Assembly (NCBI RefSeq): GCF_054482595.1
Contig: NZ_CM137008.1
Reading direction: 5' to 3' (one strand)
DNA: 64,000 bases
How positions within the stretch are numbered: the stretch's first letter is position 1; the number at the start of each line of letters is the position of its first letter. A program made the position numbers and the translations under genes. This document shows, one piece after another, positions 43,521 through 53,469 of this stretch. The notes beneath the pieces are model-generated. The model saw only the letters and a program-made list of their open reading frames with translations. It was not told the origin of the DNA and searched no databases.

Positions 43521-43862
43521 ATGAAAACCTCAAAAACTGTGGCAAAACTATTATTTGTTGTCGGGGCGCTGGTTTATCTGGTTGGGCTATGGATCTCATG
43601 CCCATTGTTGAGTGGAAAAGGCTATTTTCTTGGCGTGTTAATGACAGCAACTTTTGGCAACTATGCATATCTTCGCGCAGAAAAACTCGGGCAACTGGAT
43701 AATTTTTTTACCCATATTTGCCAGTTAGTTGCGTTAATCACTATCGGTCTCTTGTTTATCGGTGTTTTAAATGCACCTATCAATGCTTATGAAATGGTGA
43801 TCTACCCCATCGCCTTTTTTGTCTGCTTGTTTGGTCAAATGCGTTTGTTTCGCTCGGTATGA
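43521..43862 (+). CDS. yiaB: inner-membrane protein YiaB
   Basis: MKTSKTVAKLLFVVGALVYLVGLWISCPLL... gives 113 aa from the ATG at 43521, with GGAG upstream. Confidence 0.85.
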   Translation: MKTSKTVAKLLFVVGALVYLVGLWISCPLLSGKGYFLGVLMTATFGNYAYLRAEKLGQLDNFFTHICQLVALITIGLLFIGVLNAPINAYEMVIYPIAFFVCLFGQMRLFRSV

Positions 43863-43907
43863 GCAACATAAAGCTCTTACACATTCAGGAATGAAAGGAA
43901 TACTGTG

Positions 43908-44345
43908 ATGGACAACAAAATATCAACCTATTCACCGGCCTTTAGTATTGTGTCATGGATAGCTCTCGTTGGTGGTATCGTTACCTATCTGTTAGGGCTA
44001 TGGAATGCAGAGATGCAGTTAAATGAAAAAGGATATTATTTTGCCGTACTGGTATTAGGACTGTTTTCTGCGGCGTCTTATCAAAAGACCGTTCGGGACA
44101 AGTATGAAGGCATACCGACCACTTCCATTTATTATATGACCTGCCTGACTGTCTTTATTATCTCTGTTGCATTACTGATGGTAGGTCTGTGGAATGCGAC
44201 ATTATTACTCAGCGAAAAAGGTTTTTATGGACTGGCTTTCTTCTTAAGCTTGTTTGGTGCAGTAGCGGTGCAGAAAAATATTCGTGATGCCGGAATAAAC
44301 CCACCAAAAGAAACACAGGTTACCCAGGAAGAATACAGCGAATAA
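43908..44345 (+). CDS. yiaA: inner-membrane protein YiaA (tandem YiaAB domains)
   Basis: [45 protein letters not shown]... gives 145 aa from the ATG at 43908. Confidence 0.85.
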
Positions 44346-44351
44346 CTCACG

Positions 44352-44386
44352 TAAGCCCGGTCAGTCCAATGTGACCGGGCTTTTAC
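44352..44386. terminator. hairpin shared by the convergent yiaA and wecH genes
   Basis: aagcccggtcagtccaatgtgaccgggctttt is present. Confidence 0.6.
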
Positions 44387-45382
44387 TTAACTCACTAATC
44401 TGTTTCTGTCGATTCGTTGTACCAGCATAGAAAGTAACAAACTCGCTGCCAACGTCGCGCAAAAAATCCAAATAATATCCAGTATTGGCCAATTTTTAAG
44501 CTCAATTCCCCGGGTGCGCAGCGCATGAATAATCAAGGCGTGGAATCCGTATATACCCAACGAATGGCGGGAGATTAAGCCAAGTCCGCGAATGGTACGC
44601 GTATCCAGCGTGTTTTTAACCAGAGTCAATAGCGCGATTGCGCAGATAAAAACCATCGGCCCACTGTAAAGATACCAGGTATCGGCAAAATTTCCGCGCC
44701 ACTGCAATTCATATAATGTCCCGCGAGAGATAATAAAAACTCCCGTCGCAAACAGTGCGGCGCTCACCCACGACAGTGCTTTATGCTGTGTGTCCATCAT
44801 CCCTATAGCGCGGCCCAACATGCCATACAGAATGTAGTAAAAAGTATCGCCATTGATATATAAGTTAATTGGCAGCCATTCAAAACCGTCGATTTTCTGC
44901 GGCACGGTGTTTGGGTTAGCGATGATACCAATCACCACCATTAGCACCAGCAACATTTTTCCGCCGACGTTCTTCACCTGAATCAGCGGTGAAACCAGAT
45001 AAATCACCGCAATCGCGAAGAAAAACCATAAGTGGTAAAACACTGGCTTTTGCAGCAGGTTTTTCAGCGCTAACTCCACATTAATGGAGGTAAACAGTGC
45101 AATGTAGAGCAGCGCGATTGCGCTATAAAAAAACAGACATAAGCCGATACGCAAGAAATGGCGCGGCTGGGCGCTGCGTTCGCCAAAAAAGAGATAGCCG
45201 GAAATCATGAAAAATAGCGGCACGCTGACACGAGAGGCAGAGTTCAGAACATTGGCGATATCCCAGGTGACGGGGCTAACACTATGAGCATTGGTCACAT
45301 ACCAGGTAGTGGTGTGAATCATCACCACCATTAAACACGCTATCCCTCGCAGGTTATCAATCCAGTAAATTTTGGGCTGCAT
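44387..45382 (-). CDS. wecH: O-acetyltransferase of enterobacterial common antigen (acyltransferase-3 family)
   Basis: The ORF is 331 aa and polytopic, opening [25 protein letters not shown].... Confidence 0.9.
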   Translation of the reverse strand: MQPKIYWIDNLRGIACLMVVMIHTTTWYVTNAHSVSPVTWDIANVLNSASRVSVPLFFMISGYLFFGERSAQPRHFLRIGLCLFFYSAIALLYIALFTSINVELALKNLLQKPVFYHLWFFFAIAVIYLVSPLIQVKNVGGKMLLVLMVVIGIIANPNTVPQKIDGFEWLPINLYINGDTFYYILYGMLGRAIGMMDTQHKALSWVSAALFATGVFIISRGTLYELQWRGNFADTWYLYSGPMVFICAIALLTLVKNTLDTRTIRGLGLISRHSLGIYGFHALIIHALRTRGIELKNWPILDIIWIFCATLAASLLLSMLVQRIDRNRLVS

Positions 45383-45556
45383 CTGTGTCTCTGTATCTGG
45401 TTAAAAAAAGTCTGACCGATAAATCATTCAGTTGGCGCACTGGAATAATCTGAGTTTTAACACTACAGCTTATAGAGGCTTAAGGAAATTCGTAAGATAT
45501 CAGCCACTATACCGATATAAATAATAAGACTCACCTGCAAACCAGACGGTAATTTA

Positions 45557-45856
45557 ATGATGATGAACGCTTTCTTTCCGGCAATGGCGCTTATGGTGCT
45601 AGTGGGTTGTTCTACACCGTCACCCGTGCAGAAAGCACAACGGGTAAAGGTTGATCCTCTGCGTTCGTTGAATATGGAAGCGTTATGCAAGGATCAGGCG
45701 GCAAAACGTTATAACACCGGCGAGCAAAAAATCGACGTCACCGCCTTCGAACAGTTCCAGGGAAGCTATGAAATGCGCGGTTATACCTTCCGTAAAGAGC
45801 AGTTTGTCTGTTCTTTTGACGCAGATGGCCATTTTTTGCATCTTTCCATGCGTTAA
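45557..45856 (+). CDS. ysaB: small lipoprotein YsaB
   Basis: The ORF is 99 aa with a lipobox LVGC in MMMNAFFPAMALMVLVGCSTP. Confidence 0.85.
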   Translation: MMMNAFFPAMALMVLVGCSTPSPVQKAQRVKVDPLRSLNMEALCKDQAAKRYNTGEQKIDVTAFEQFQGSYEMRGYTFRKEQFVCSFDADGHFLHLSMR

Positions 45857-45950
45857 GCCCTGCTTTTTCCCGTTTCATACTGTATATCTTCCATCCAGCG
45901 GGTATACTGATCCCTTCCTTTAAATCCACACGTATCCAGCACGAAATAAT

Positions 45951-46862
45951 ATGCAAAAGTTTGATACCAGGACCTTCCAGGGCTTGATCCTGACCTTACA
46001 GGATTACTGGGCTCGCCAGGGCTGCACCATTGTTCAACCATTGGACATGGAAGTCGGCGCGGGAACCTCTCACCCAATGACCTGTCTGCGCGCGCTGGGG
46101 CCAGAACCGATGGCGGCTGCTTATGTTCAGCCTTCTCGTCGCCCGACCGATGGTCGCTACGGCGAAAACCCCAACCGTTTACAGCACTACTATCAGTTCC
46201 AGGTGGTCATTAAGCCATCGCCGGACAATATTCAGGAGCTGTACCTTGGTTCTCTGAAAGAGCTGGGCATGGACCCGACTATCCACGATATCCGTTTCGT
46301 GGAAGATAACTGGGAAAACCCGACGCTGGGTGCCTGGGGACTGGGCTGGGAAGTGTGGCTAAACGGCATGGAAGTGACGCAGTTCACTTACTTCCAGCAG
46401 GTTGGTGGTCTGGAGTGTAAACCGGTTACCGGCGAGATCACCTACGGTCTGGAACGTCTGGCCATGTACATTCAGGGCGTAGACAGCGTTTACGACCTGG
46501 TCTGGAGCGACGGCCCGCTGGGTAAAACCACCTACGGCGACGTGTTCCATCAGAACGAAGTGGAGCAGTCCACTTACAACTTCGAATACGCGGACGTGGA
46601 CTTCCTGTTCACCTGCTTCGAGCAGTACGAGAAAGAAGCGCAGCAGCTGCTGGCGCTGGAAAATCCGCTGCCGCTGCCAGCTTACGAGCGTATTCTGAAA
46701 GCCGCCCACAGCTTCAACCTGCTGGATGCGCGTAAAGCCATCTCCGTCACCGAGCGTCAGCGCTACATTCTGCGCATTCGCACCCTGACCAAAGCAGTGG
46801 CAGAAGCATATTACGCTTCCCGTGAAGCCCTCGGCTTCCCGATGTGCAACAAAGATAAGTAA
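45951..46862 (+). CDS. glyQ: glycine--tRNA ligase alpha subunit
   Basis: The 303-aa ORF opens [39 protein letters not shown].... Confidence 0.97.
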
Positions 46863-46871
46863 GAGGCGGCT

Positions 46872-48941
46872 ATGTCTGAGAAAACTTTTCTGGTGGAAAT
46901 CGGCACTGAAGAGCTGCCACCAAAAGCACTGCGCAGCCTGGCAGAGTCCTTTGCTGCGAACTTTACTGCGGAGCTGGATAACGCAGGCCTCGCACACGGC
47001 ACCGTTCAATGGTTTGCTGCTCCGCGTCGTCTGGCGCTGAAAGTAGCTAACCTGGCGGAAGCGCAACCGGATCGTGAAATCGAAAAACGCGGCCCGGCGA
47101 TTGCCCAGGCGTTCGACGCTGAAGGCAAACCGAGCAAAGCGGCAGAAGGTTGGGCGCGTGGTTGCGGTATTACCGTTGACCAGGCTGAGCGTCTGACTAC
47201 CGATAAAGGCGAATGGCTGCTGTATCGCGCCCATGTGAAGGGCGAAAGCACTGAAGCACTGCTGCCGAATATGGTTGCGACTTCGCTGGCGAAACTGCCG
47301 ATTCCGAAACTGATGCGCTGGGGTGCAAGCGACGTGCACTTCGTGCGTCCGGTGCACACCGTGACCCTGCTGCTGGGCGACAAAGTCATTCCTGCAACCA
47401 TTCTGGGCATTCAGTCCGATCGCGTGATTCGCGGCCACCGCTTTATGGGCGAGCCGGAATTCACCATCGATAACGCCGATCAGTATCCGGAAATTCTGCG
47501 TGAGCGTGGGAAAGTCATCGCCGATTACGAAGAACGTAAGGCGAAGATTAAAGCCGATGCCGAAGAAGCAGCGCGTAAGATTGGCGGTAACGCTGACTTA
47601 AGCGAAAGCCTGCTGGAAGAAGTGGCTTCGCTGGTGGAGTGGCCGGTCGTTCTAACCGCGAAATTTGAAGAGAAATTCCTCGCGGTGCCGTCTGAAGCAC
47701 TGGTTTACACCATGAAAGGTGACCAGAAGTACTTCCCGGTGTATGCGAACGACGGCAAACTGCTGCCGAACTTTATCTTCGTTGCCAACATCGAATCGAA
47801 AGATCCGCAGCAAATTATCTCTGGTAACGAGAAAGTCGTTCGTCCACGTCTGGCTGATGCCGAGTTCTTCTTCAACACCGACCGTAAAAAACGTCTGGAA
47901 GATAACCTGCCGCGTCTGCAAACCGTGCTGTTCCAGCAACAGCTGGGTACGCTGCGTGACAAGACTGACCGCATCCAGGCGCTGGCTGGCTGGATCGCCG
48001 AACAGATTGGCGCTGACGTTAACCACGCAACCCGTGCGGGCCTGCTGTCTAAGTGTGACCTGATGACCAACATGGTCTTCGAGTTCACCGACACCCAAGG
48101 CGTTATGGGGATGCACTATGCGCGTCACGATGGCGAAGCGGAAGACGTAGCCGTGGCGCTGAATGAGCAGTATCAGCCGCGTTTTGCTGGTGATGACCTG
48201 CCGTCCAACCCGGTAGCTTGTGCGCTGGCGATTGCTGACAAGATGGATACTCTGGCGGGTATCTTCGGTATCGGTCAGCATCCGAAAGGCGACAAAGACC
48301 CGTTTGCGCTGCGTCGTGCCGCGCTTGGCGTGCTGCGTATTATCGTTGAGAAGAACCTCAACCTTGATCTGCAAACGCTGACCGAAGAAGCGGTGCGTCT
48401 GTATGGCGATAAGCTGACTAATGCCAACGTAGTTGATGATGTTATCGACTTTATGCTCGGTCGCTTCCGCGCCTGGTATCAGGACGAAGGTTATACCGTT
48501 GACACCATCCAGGCGGTACTGGCGCGTCGTCCGACTCGTCCGGCTGATTTCGATGCCCGCATGAAAGCGGTATCGCACTTCCGTACCCTGGAAGCAGCTG
48601 CAGCACTGGCGGCGGCGAACAAACGTGTATCTAACATCCTGGCGAAATCTGACGAAGTGCTGAGCGATCGCGTGAATGCCTCTACTCTGAAAGAGCCGGA
48701 AGAAATTAAACTGGCGATGCAGGTTGTGGTGCTACGTGACAAGCTGGAGCCGTACTTTGCGGAAGGTCGTTACCAGGATGCGCTGGTCGAACTGGCAGAG
48801 CTGCGTGAACCGGTCGATGCCTTCTTCGATAAAGTGATGGTCATGGTTGATGACAAAGAATTGCGTATCAACCGTCTGACCATGCTGGAGAAACTGCGCG
48901 AACTGTTCCTGCGCGTTGCGGATATTTCGCTGTTGCAGTAA
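46872..48941 (+). CDS. glyS: glycine--tRNA ligase beta subunit
   Basis: The 689-aa ORF opens [27 protein letters not shown]... and starts 9 nt after glyQ. Confidence 0.97.
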   Translation: MSEKTFLVEIGTEELPPKALRSLAESFAANFTAELDNAGLAHGTVQWFAAPRRLALKVANLAEAQPDREIEKRGPAIAQAFDAEGKPSKAAEGWARGCGITVDQAERLTTDKGEWLLYRAHVKGESTEALLPNMVATSLAKLPIPKLMRWGASDVHFVRPVHTVTLLLGDKVIPATILGIQSDRVIRGHRFMGEPEFTIDNADQYPEILRERGKVIADYEERKAKIKADAEEAARKIGGNADLSESLLEEVASLVEWPVVLTAKFEEKFLAVPSEALVYTMKGDQKYFPVYANDGKLLPNFIFVANIESKDPQQIISGNEKVVRPRLADAEFFFNTDRKKRLEDNLPRLQTVLFQQQLGTLRDKTDRIQALAGWIAEQIGADVNHATRAGLLSKCDLMTNMVFEFTDTQGVMGMHYARHDGEAEDVAVALNEQYQPRFAGDDLPSNPVACALAIADKMDTLAGIFGIGQHPKGDKDPFALRRAALGVLRIIVEKNLNLDLQTLTEEAVRLYGDKLTNANVVDDVIDFMLGRFRAWYQDEGYTVDTIQAVLARRPTRPADFDARMKAVSHFRTLEAAAALAAANKRVSNILAKSDEVLSDRVNASTLKEPEEIKLAMQVVVLRDKLEPYFAEGRYQDALVELAELREPVDAFFDKVMVMVDDKELRINRLTMLEKLRELFLRVADISLLQ

Positions 48942-48954
48942 TAACGCCGTTATT

Positions 48955-48985
48955 AAAAAGCCTGCCATCTGGCAGGCTTTTTTTA
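48955..48985 (+). terminator. glyQS intrinsic terminator
   Basis: agcctgcc-atct-ggcaggct is followed by ttttttt. Confidence 0.8.
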
Positions 48986-49162
48986 TCGCTAAATAATACA
49001 GCAACCTTTAATAATCTTCTGCTGAATAAAGATTATCTCATATATTAATTTTATGAGATTTTTTAGGATTATATCAAGGAGAAGAAACAAACTTATTAAG
49101 CTAGAATAGCCACGGGTGCTTGAGACTGTTTGTCTCAGGTATTCACCGAAAGGCAGACAGAG

Positions 49163-49230
49163 AAAAGCCCCACCTGACTATAAATCAAAGTGAGGCCCCT
49201 CTATGCATAGACACCATAAGGTTAGCCTCT
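49163..49230 (-). ncRNA. sokA: candidate SokA antisense RNA of the hokA locus (approximate coordinates)
   Basis: The reverse strand gives ...GCCTCACtttgatttatagtcagGTGGGGCtttt, a stem-loop with a U-run. It is antisense to the leader just upstream of hokA, which is the position expected for Sok RNAs. The ends are not determinable by eye. Confidence 0.4.
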
Positions 49231-49262
49231 TACTCGTTGGAAATCAACACAGGGGGCTGGGA

Positions 49263-49415
49263 ATGCCGCAGAAATATAGATTGCTTTCTTTAATAGTGAT
49301 TTGTTTCACGCTTTTATTTTTCACCTGGATGATAAGAGATTCACTGTGTGAATTGCATATTAAACAGGGGAGTTATGAGCTGGCGGCATTTTTAGCCTGC
49401 AATTTGAAAGAGTAA
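49263..49415 (+). CDS. hokA: Hok-family type I toxin (small membrane peptide)
   Basis: MPQKYRLLSLIVICFTLLFFTWMIRDSLCELHIKQGSYELAAFLACNLKE is 50 aa and matches the Hok family and K-12 HokA closely as I recall. A GC hairpin (ggcgggaagttattcccgcc) lies just downstream. Confidence 0.85.
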   Translation: MPQKYRLLSLIVICFTLLFFTWMIRDSLCELHIKQGSYELAAFLACNLKE

Positions 49416-49544
49416 GAGTCTTCGGCGGGAAGTTATTCCCGCCTTTCTTACGGCGTTGCGCATTCTCATTGCACCCAAATTTATTTTTCACAAAAATAAT
49501 ACTAGATTTTATTACGCGATCGATTATTTATTTCCTGAAAAACA

Positions 49545-49576
49545 AATAAAAAAATCCCCGCCAAATGGCAGGGATC
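49545..49576 (-). terminator. cspA intrinsic terminator
   Basis: The reverse strand reads atccctgccatttggcggggat followed by tttttttattt. Confidence 0.8.
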
Positions 49577-49602
49577 TTAGATTCTGTGCTTTTAAGCAGA
49601 GA

Positions 49603-49815
49603 TTACAGGCTGGTTACGTTACCAGCTGCCGGGCCTTTAGCGCCGCTTTCGATGGTGAAGGACACTTTCTGACCTTCGTCCAGAGATTTGTAACCATCGT
49701 TCTGGATAGCAGAGAAGTGTACGAACACGTCTTTAGAGCCATCGTCAGGAGTGATGAAGCCGAAGCCTTTGTCAGCGTTGAACCATTTTACGATACCAGT
49801 CATTTTACCGGACAT
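49603..49815 (-). CDS. cspA: major cold-shock protein
   Basis: The 70-aa product [70 protein letters not shown] matches CspA as I recall it. Confidence 0.98.
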
Positions 49816-49974
49816 AGTGTATTACCTTTAATAATTAAGTGTGCCTTTCGGCGATATGGCGTGCTTTACAGATTTTGAAGCGTTAAAGGAATGTGCACTA
49901 CGAGGGGTATCAACGATAACTCTTGAAGGGACTTGCCTTACTACACTGCTTTAATGGTCTGTACGTCAAACCGT
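49816..49974 (-). promoter_or_regulatory. cspA 159-nt 5' UTR (cold-box / RNA thermosensor leader)
   Basis: The reverse strand from 49974 reads ACGGTTTGACGTACAGACCATTAAAGCAGTGTAGTAAGGCAAG.... This is the known cspA mRNA 5' end, exactly 159 nt before the ATG. Confidence 0.85.
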
Positions 49975-50040
49975 TGATGTGCATTAAGCCACGCATTGGC
50001 GGGTGATGCAACAATTATTTTTCATATTTATGATTAATCG
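49975..50040 (-). promoter_or_regulatory. cspA promoter (-10 CTTAAT, -35 TTGCAT, AT-rich UP element)
   Basis: The reverse complements lie at 49983-49988 (attaag) and 50006-50011 (atgcaa). An AT-rich tract lies immediately upstream. Confidence 0.8.
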
Positions 50041-50095
50041 GTTGGAAAACGGTCCTGTCATCAGGACCGTAAACCGCAATAAAGTGGATAAAAGT

Positions 50096-50386
50096 CTATT
50101 CCATCAACTGCTTACTTAATGCCGGGTTGGCTTGAATCAAACGCATCAATTTTAGTTCGGCACTTGAAGGCTTCACGCGTCTGGATTCCCATTCCTTTAC
50201 CATGGCGACTGATACGCCCAAAACCCGGGCGAAATCATCGATTTTTAATCCTGTCCCTTTTCGTAACTGCTCAATTTCGGTACAGGACGTTGTTCTGTGC
50301 GTCAGGGTAATTTTCTGCGTTTCATCTTTAAAAACAATCTGTTCCAGGCTGCTCAACAGCTCATGCATTGGATCTTTATATTCCAT
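50096..50386 (-). CDS. yiaG: XRE-family HTH protein
   Basis: The ORF is 96 aa with an HTH region (GLKIDDFARVLGVSVAMVKEWESRR). Confidence 0.88.
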   Translation of the reverse strand: MEYKDPMHELLSSLEQIVFKDETQKITLTHRTTSCTEIEQLRKGTGLKIDDFARVLGVSVAMVKEWESRRVKPSSAELKLMRLIQANPALSKQLME

Positions 50387-50819
50387 TGAAAACTCCTCAA
50401 ATCACACTGCGGGATCGTGAATTGCATCGAAGCTCATTAAGAATAGTCGGGAAAAGCAGACACAGCGGGGTGAAGTCAGGGCATGCTCTGGCTATGATTC
50501 GATTCAGCCAGTCATTTAGCGTGACTTATAGCCACCTAACGATCTGATAAATGCCGATATATCTCTTACCACTCCTGGTTTGTAAAGATTTCGAAAATCT
50601 AACCTTCTGCGAAGGCGTAAATCTCTGGCTACAAAAAAGGCAACGGCAATATCATTTTTTAACAATGAAACAACAAATTAACCTTGTTTCATTTTCTCCA
50701 TGATTTTACCAGGAAGATTACGTAGAAAGGGTATCCTGCAAGCCTGTCCTGGACTATCCTTGTCACGTCAGACACGCGTGTGTCGTTGTGCGCTTTTTTT
50801 GGGTGAAAGGAGTAAGAAA

Positions 50820-51530
50820 ATGGCGACAGGAAAGTCCTGCTCTCGCTGGTTTGCGCCTCTTGCGGCGTTATTAATGGTAGTTAGCCTGAGTGGGTGTTTT
50901 GATAAAGAAGGCGATCAGCGTAAAGCGTTTATCGACTTCCTGCAGAATACAGTGATGCGTAGCGGTGAACGTCTACCAACCCTGACTGCCGATCAGAAAA
51001 AACAGTTTGGTCCTTTTGTCTCTGATTACGCGATTCTGTATGGTTATTCTCAGCAGGTGAATCAGGCGATGGATTCCGGTCTGCGCCCGGTTGTAGACAG
51101 CGTTAACGCAATTCGCGTACCGCAGGATTACGTTACGCAAAGCGGTCCGCTGCGTGAAATGAATGGTTCGCTGGGTGTGCTGGCGCAACAACTGCAAAAT
51201 GCGAAGTTGCAGGCCGATGCTGCGCACTCTGCGCTAAAACAGAGTGATGACCTGAAACCGGTCTTTGATCAGGCATTCACCAAAGTGGTAACGACGCCAG
51301 CTGATGCATTGCAACCATTGATTCCGGCGGCACAAACTTTCACGCAACAACTGGTGATGGTTGGAGACTACATTGCCCAACAAGGTACTCAGGTGAGCTT
51401 TGTAGCAAATGGCATCCAGTTCCCGACTTCACAGCAGGCAAGTGAATATAACAAACTGATTGCGCCATTACCGGCACAGCATCAGGCGTTTAATCAGGCC
51501 TGGACTACAGCAGTTACTGCAACCCAATAA
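50820..51530 (+). CDS. yiaF: DUF3053-family lipoprotein
   Basis: MATGKSCSRWFAPLAALLMVVSLSGC/FDKEG gives 236 aa from the ATG at 50820, with a lipobox LSGC and AAGGAG upstream. The track ORF is over-extended. Confidence 0.88.
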   Translation: MATGKSCSRWFAPLAALLMVVSLSGCFDKEGDQRKAFIDFLQNTVMRSGERLPTLTADQKKQFGPFVSDYAILYGYSQQVNQAMDSGLRPVVDSVNAIRVPQDYVTQSGPLREMNGSLGVLAQQLQNAKLQADAAHSALKQSDDLKPVFDQAFTKVVTTPADALQPLIPAAQTFTQQLVMVGDYIAQQGTQVSFVANGIQFPTSQQASEYNKLIAPLPAQHQAFNQAWTTAVTATQ

Positions 51531-51579
51531 AGAGTAAAAGCCCGAGTGATTATCGGGCTTTACTCCACGCAGTCGCGGC

Positions 51580-52554
51580 TTAGTCCGCGACGTGCGGATT
51601 CACACAGTTCTTCTCAACCTTTCCTAGTAACGCATCAATCAAATTATCCACGGCACAGGCGGCCATGCCATAACGCGTCTCATGGGTGGCAGATCCAATA
51701 TGCGGTACTGCGACGACGTTGGCCATTGAGAGCAACGGCGAATCTACGGAAAGTGGCTCTTGTTCGAAGACATCCAGCCCGGCGGCGTGAATTTCGCCTT
51801 TCTGCAATGCAGCAATCAGTGCATTTTCATCAACCACCGGGCCACGTCCGGCATTAATGAATATGGCGGAGGATTTCATTTTGGCGAATTGTTCTGCGCC
51901 AAATAGATGATACGTCTCATCAGTTAACGGCAGGATCAGGCAAACGAAATCTGACTCTTGTAACAGTGTATCCAAATCGCAGTAGCGGGCGTTGAAGCGT
52001 TCTTCTGCTTCTTTATGGTGGCGGCGCGCGTTATAGAGGATGGGCATGTTGAAGCCAAAGTGCGCACGTTGTGCCAGCGCCATACCGATCCGTCCCATCC
52101 CGACAATGCCCAGTGTTTTATGGTGAACGTCAGTGCCGTACCAGTCCGGGCCTATGCTCGCGGTCCATTCGCCTGCTTTTACCCGTTCTGCTACCTCCAC
52201 AACCCGACGAGCGGTAGACAACATCAGCGCCATCAGCGTATCGGCGACGGTTTCTGTTAATACGGTTGGCGTGTGCATGAGCAGAATTTTTCGGGCGGTA
52301 AGCGCATCGACATCAAAATTGTCATAGCCGACGGAGATCGTTGATGTGGCACGCAGTTTCGGCATTTTTTCCAGCAATGCGGCATCTACATTCTCGTTTG
52401 AACCCAGTAAACCTTCAGCTTCTGCAAAAATTGCTGCATTTTGATCGACGGTTTGTGGGCTGAGGTTTGCCACCTGGTGAACGGTGAAATGCTCTTGCAG
52501 GCGTTGCAGTAAATCATCAGGTAAGGCTTTGTAGAGGATAACGGACGGCTTCAT
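51580..52554 (-). CDS. ghrB: glyoxylate/hydroxypyruvate (2-ketogluconate) reductase B
   Basis: [28 protein letters not shown]... gives 324 aa, with the D-2-hydroxyacid dehydrogenase NAD motif GIVGMGRIG. Confidence 0.93.
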   Translation of the reverse strand: MKPSVILYKALPDDLLQRLQEHFTVHQVANLSPQTVDQNAAIFAEAEGLLGSNENVDAALLEKMPKLRATSTISVGYDNFDVDALTARKILLMHTPTVLTETVADTLMALMLSTARRVVEVAERVKAGEWTASIGPDWYGTDVHHKTLGIVGMGRIGMALAQRAHFGFNMPILYNARRHHKEAEERFNARYCDLDTLLQESDFVCLILPLTDETYHLFGAEQFAKMKSSAIFINAGRGPVVDENALIAALQKGEIHAAGLDVFEQEPLSVDSPLLSMANVVAVPHIGSATHETRYGMAACAVDNLIDALLGKVEKNCVNPHVAD

Positions 52555-52657
52555 GCTTCTCTCCATTCACTGATAAGGCGATCACCTTAGCCTGAAATAT
52601 GATGAAGGAAAACTGAAGAATGCCAGGTGATTTCTGCATCACCTGGCATGAAAGGGA

Positions 52658-53317
52658 TTACAGCGGGCTTAAGGTAATTTCTACACGGCGGTTTTGCGCC
52701 TTACCTTCTGCGGTGCTGTTGCTGGCGATTGGGTTAGCCGGGCCAAGGCCCTGAGTACGGATGCGGCTGGCGTCCACGCCCTGGGTGATCAACGCGCTGG
52801 CAACGGAATCCGCACGCTGCTGGGAGAGACGCATGTTCAGATCGTGACCACCCGTGCTGTCGGTATAACCAATCACGTTAACCGCCGTTTTCGGATACTC
52901 TTTCAGCACCATTGCCACGCCGGTCAGGGTGTTAGCGCCCGCAGGTTTCAGGGTCGCGCTGCTGCTGTCGAAGGTCACATTGTTCGGCATATTGAGGATA
53001 ATGTTATCCCCGCTGCGGGTTACGCTAACACCAGTGCCGCGCATTTTGTCACGCAGCTTCGCTTCCTGCACATCCATGTAATAACCCACGCCGCCGCCCA
53101 GAGCTGCGCCTGCTGCTGCGCCAATCAGCGCGCCTTTACCGCGATCTTTCTTAGAAGAAGAGAGCGCTCCAATACCCGCGCCCACGAGAGAGCCCAGACC
53201 TGCGCCGATAGCAGATTTACCTGCTTCGCGTTCGCCGGTGTAAGGGTTAGTTGTGCAGCCAGATACCGCCAGAGCGCCACTCACTACGGCGGCAATAAGA
53301 TAAACACGTTTCTTCAT
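52658..53317 (-). CDS. yiaD: OmpA-domain lipoprotein
   Basis: The ORF is 219 aa with a lipobox AVSGC, a Gly-rich segment and a C-terminal OmpA-like domain (...NRRVEITLSPL). Confidence 0.92.
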   Translation of the reverse strand: MKKRVYLIAAVVSGALAVSGCTTNPYTGEREAGKSAIGAGLGSLVGAGIGALSSSKKDRGKGALIGAAAGAALGGGVGYYMDVQEAKLRDKMRGTGVSVTRSGDNIILNMPNNVTFDSSSATLKPAGANTLTGVAMVLKEYPKTAVNVIGYTDSTGGHDLNMRLSQQRADSVASALITQGVDASRIRTQGLGPANPIASNSTAEGKAQNRRVEITLSPL

Positions 53318-53469
53318 TGTTAATCCTTAATAACCTTTTTATTCTTTGCCACGGGTTCCGTGGCGGGAGATTATGCCGCGTGAACATGAAGATTATTCCT
53401 GGGAATACTCGGAAATTTGTAAGTAATATTTAACTGCTCAATACATCTAACCTTTCAGGAGTCTTCGGT

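Noticed and set aside
46359-48578. Long minus-strand ORFs (359 aa at 46359-47438, 308 aa at 47652-48578, 134 aa and 129 aa) across glyQ and glyS.
   Set aside because: They lie antisense to two unambiguous, highly conserved aminoacyl-tRNA synthetase genes. The products are Arg/Gln/His-rich low-complexity sequences typical of shadow ORFs in GC-biased codon usage.
48986-49200. I looked for an IS element (IS150, as in K-12) or other transposase remnants between glyS and hokA, and for IS, integrase or phage genes flanking the Rhs, GH127 and lpf islands.
   Set aside because: No transposase-like ORF or terminal inverted repeats are visible. The islands are bordered by REP elements or by homologous or illegitimate junctions instead.
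49203-49262. The 70-aa form of the hokA ORF starting at 49203, as the real toxin gene or as mokA.
   Set aside because: Hok toxins are about 50 aa, and the 50-aa form matches HokA. Whether the in-frame extension has any Mok-like role cannot be decided by eye, so only the short CDS is annotated.
49456-49878. A 140-aa plus-strand ORF overlapping cspA.
   Set aside because: It is antisense to cspA, whose 70-aa product, 159-nt leader, promoter and terminator are all recognisable.
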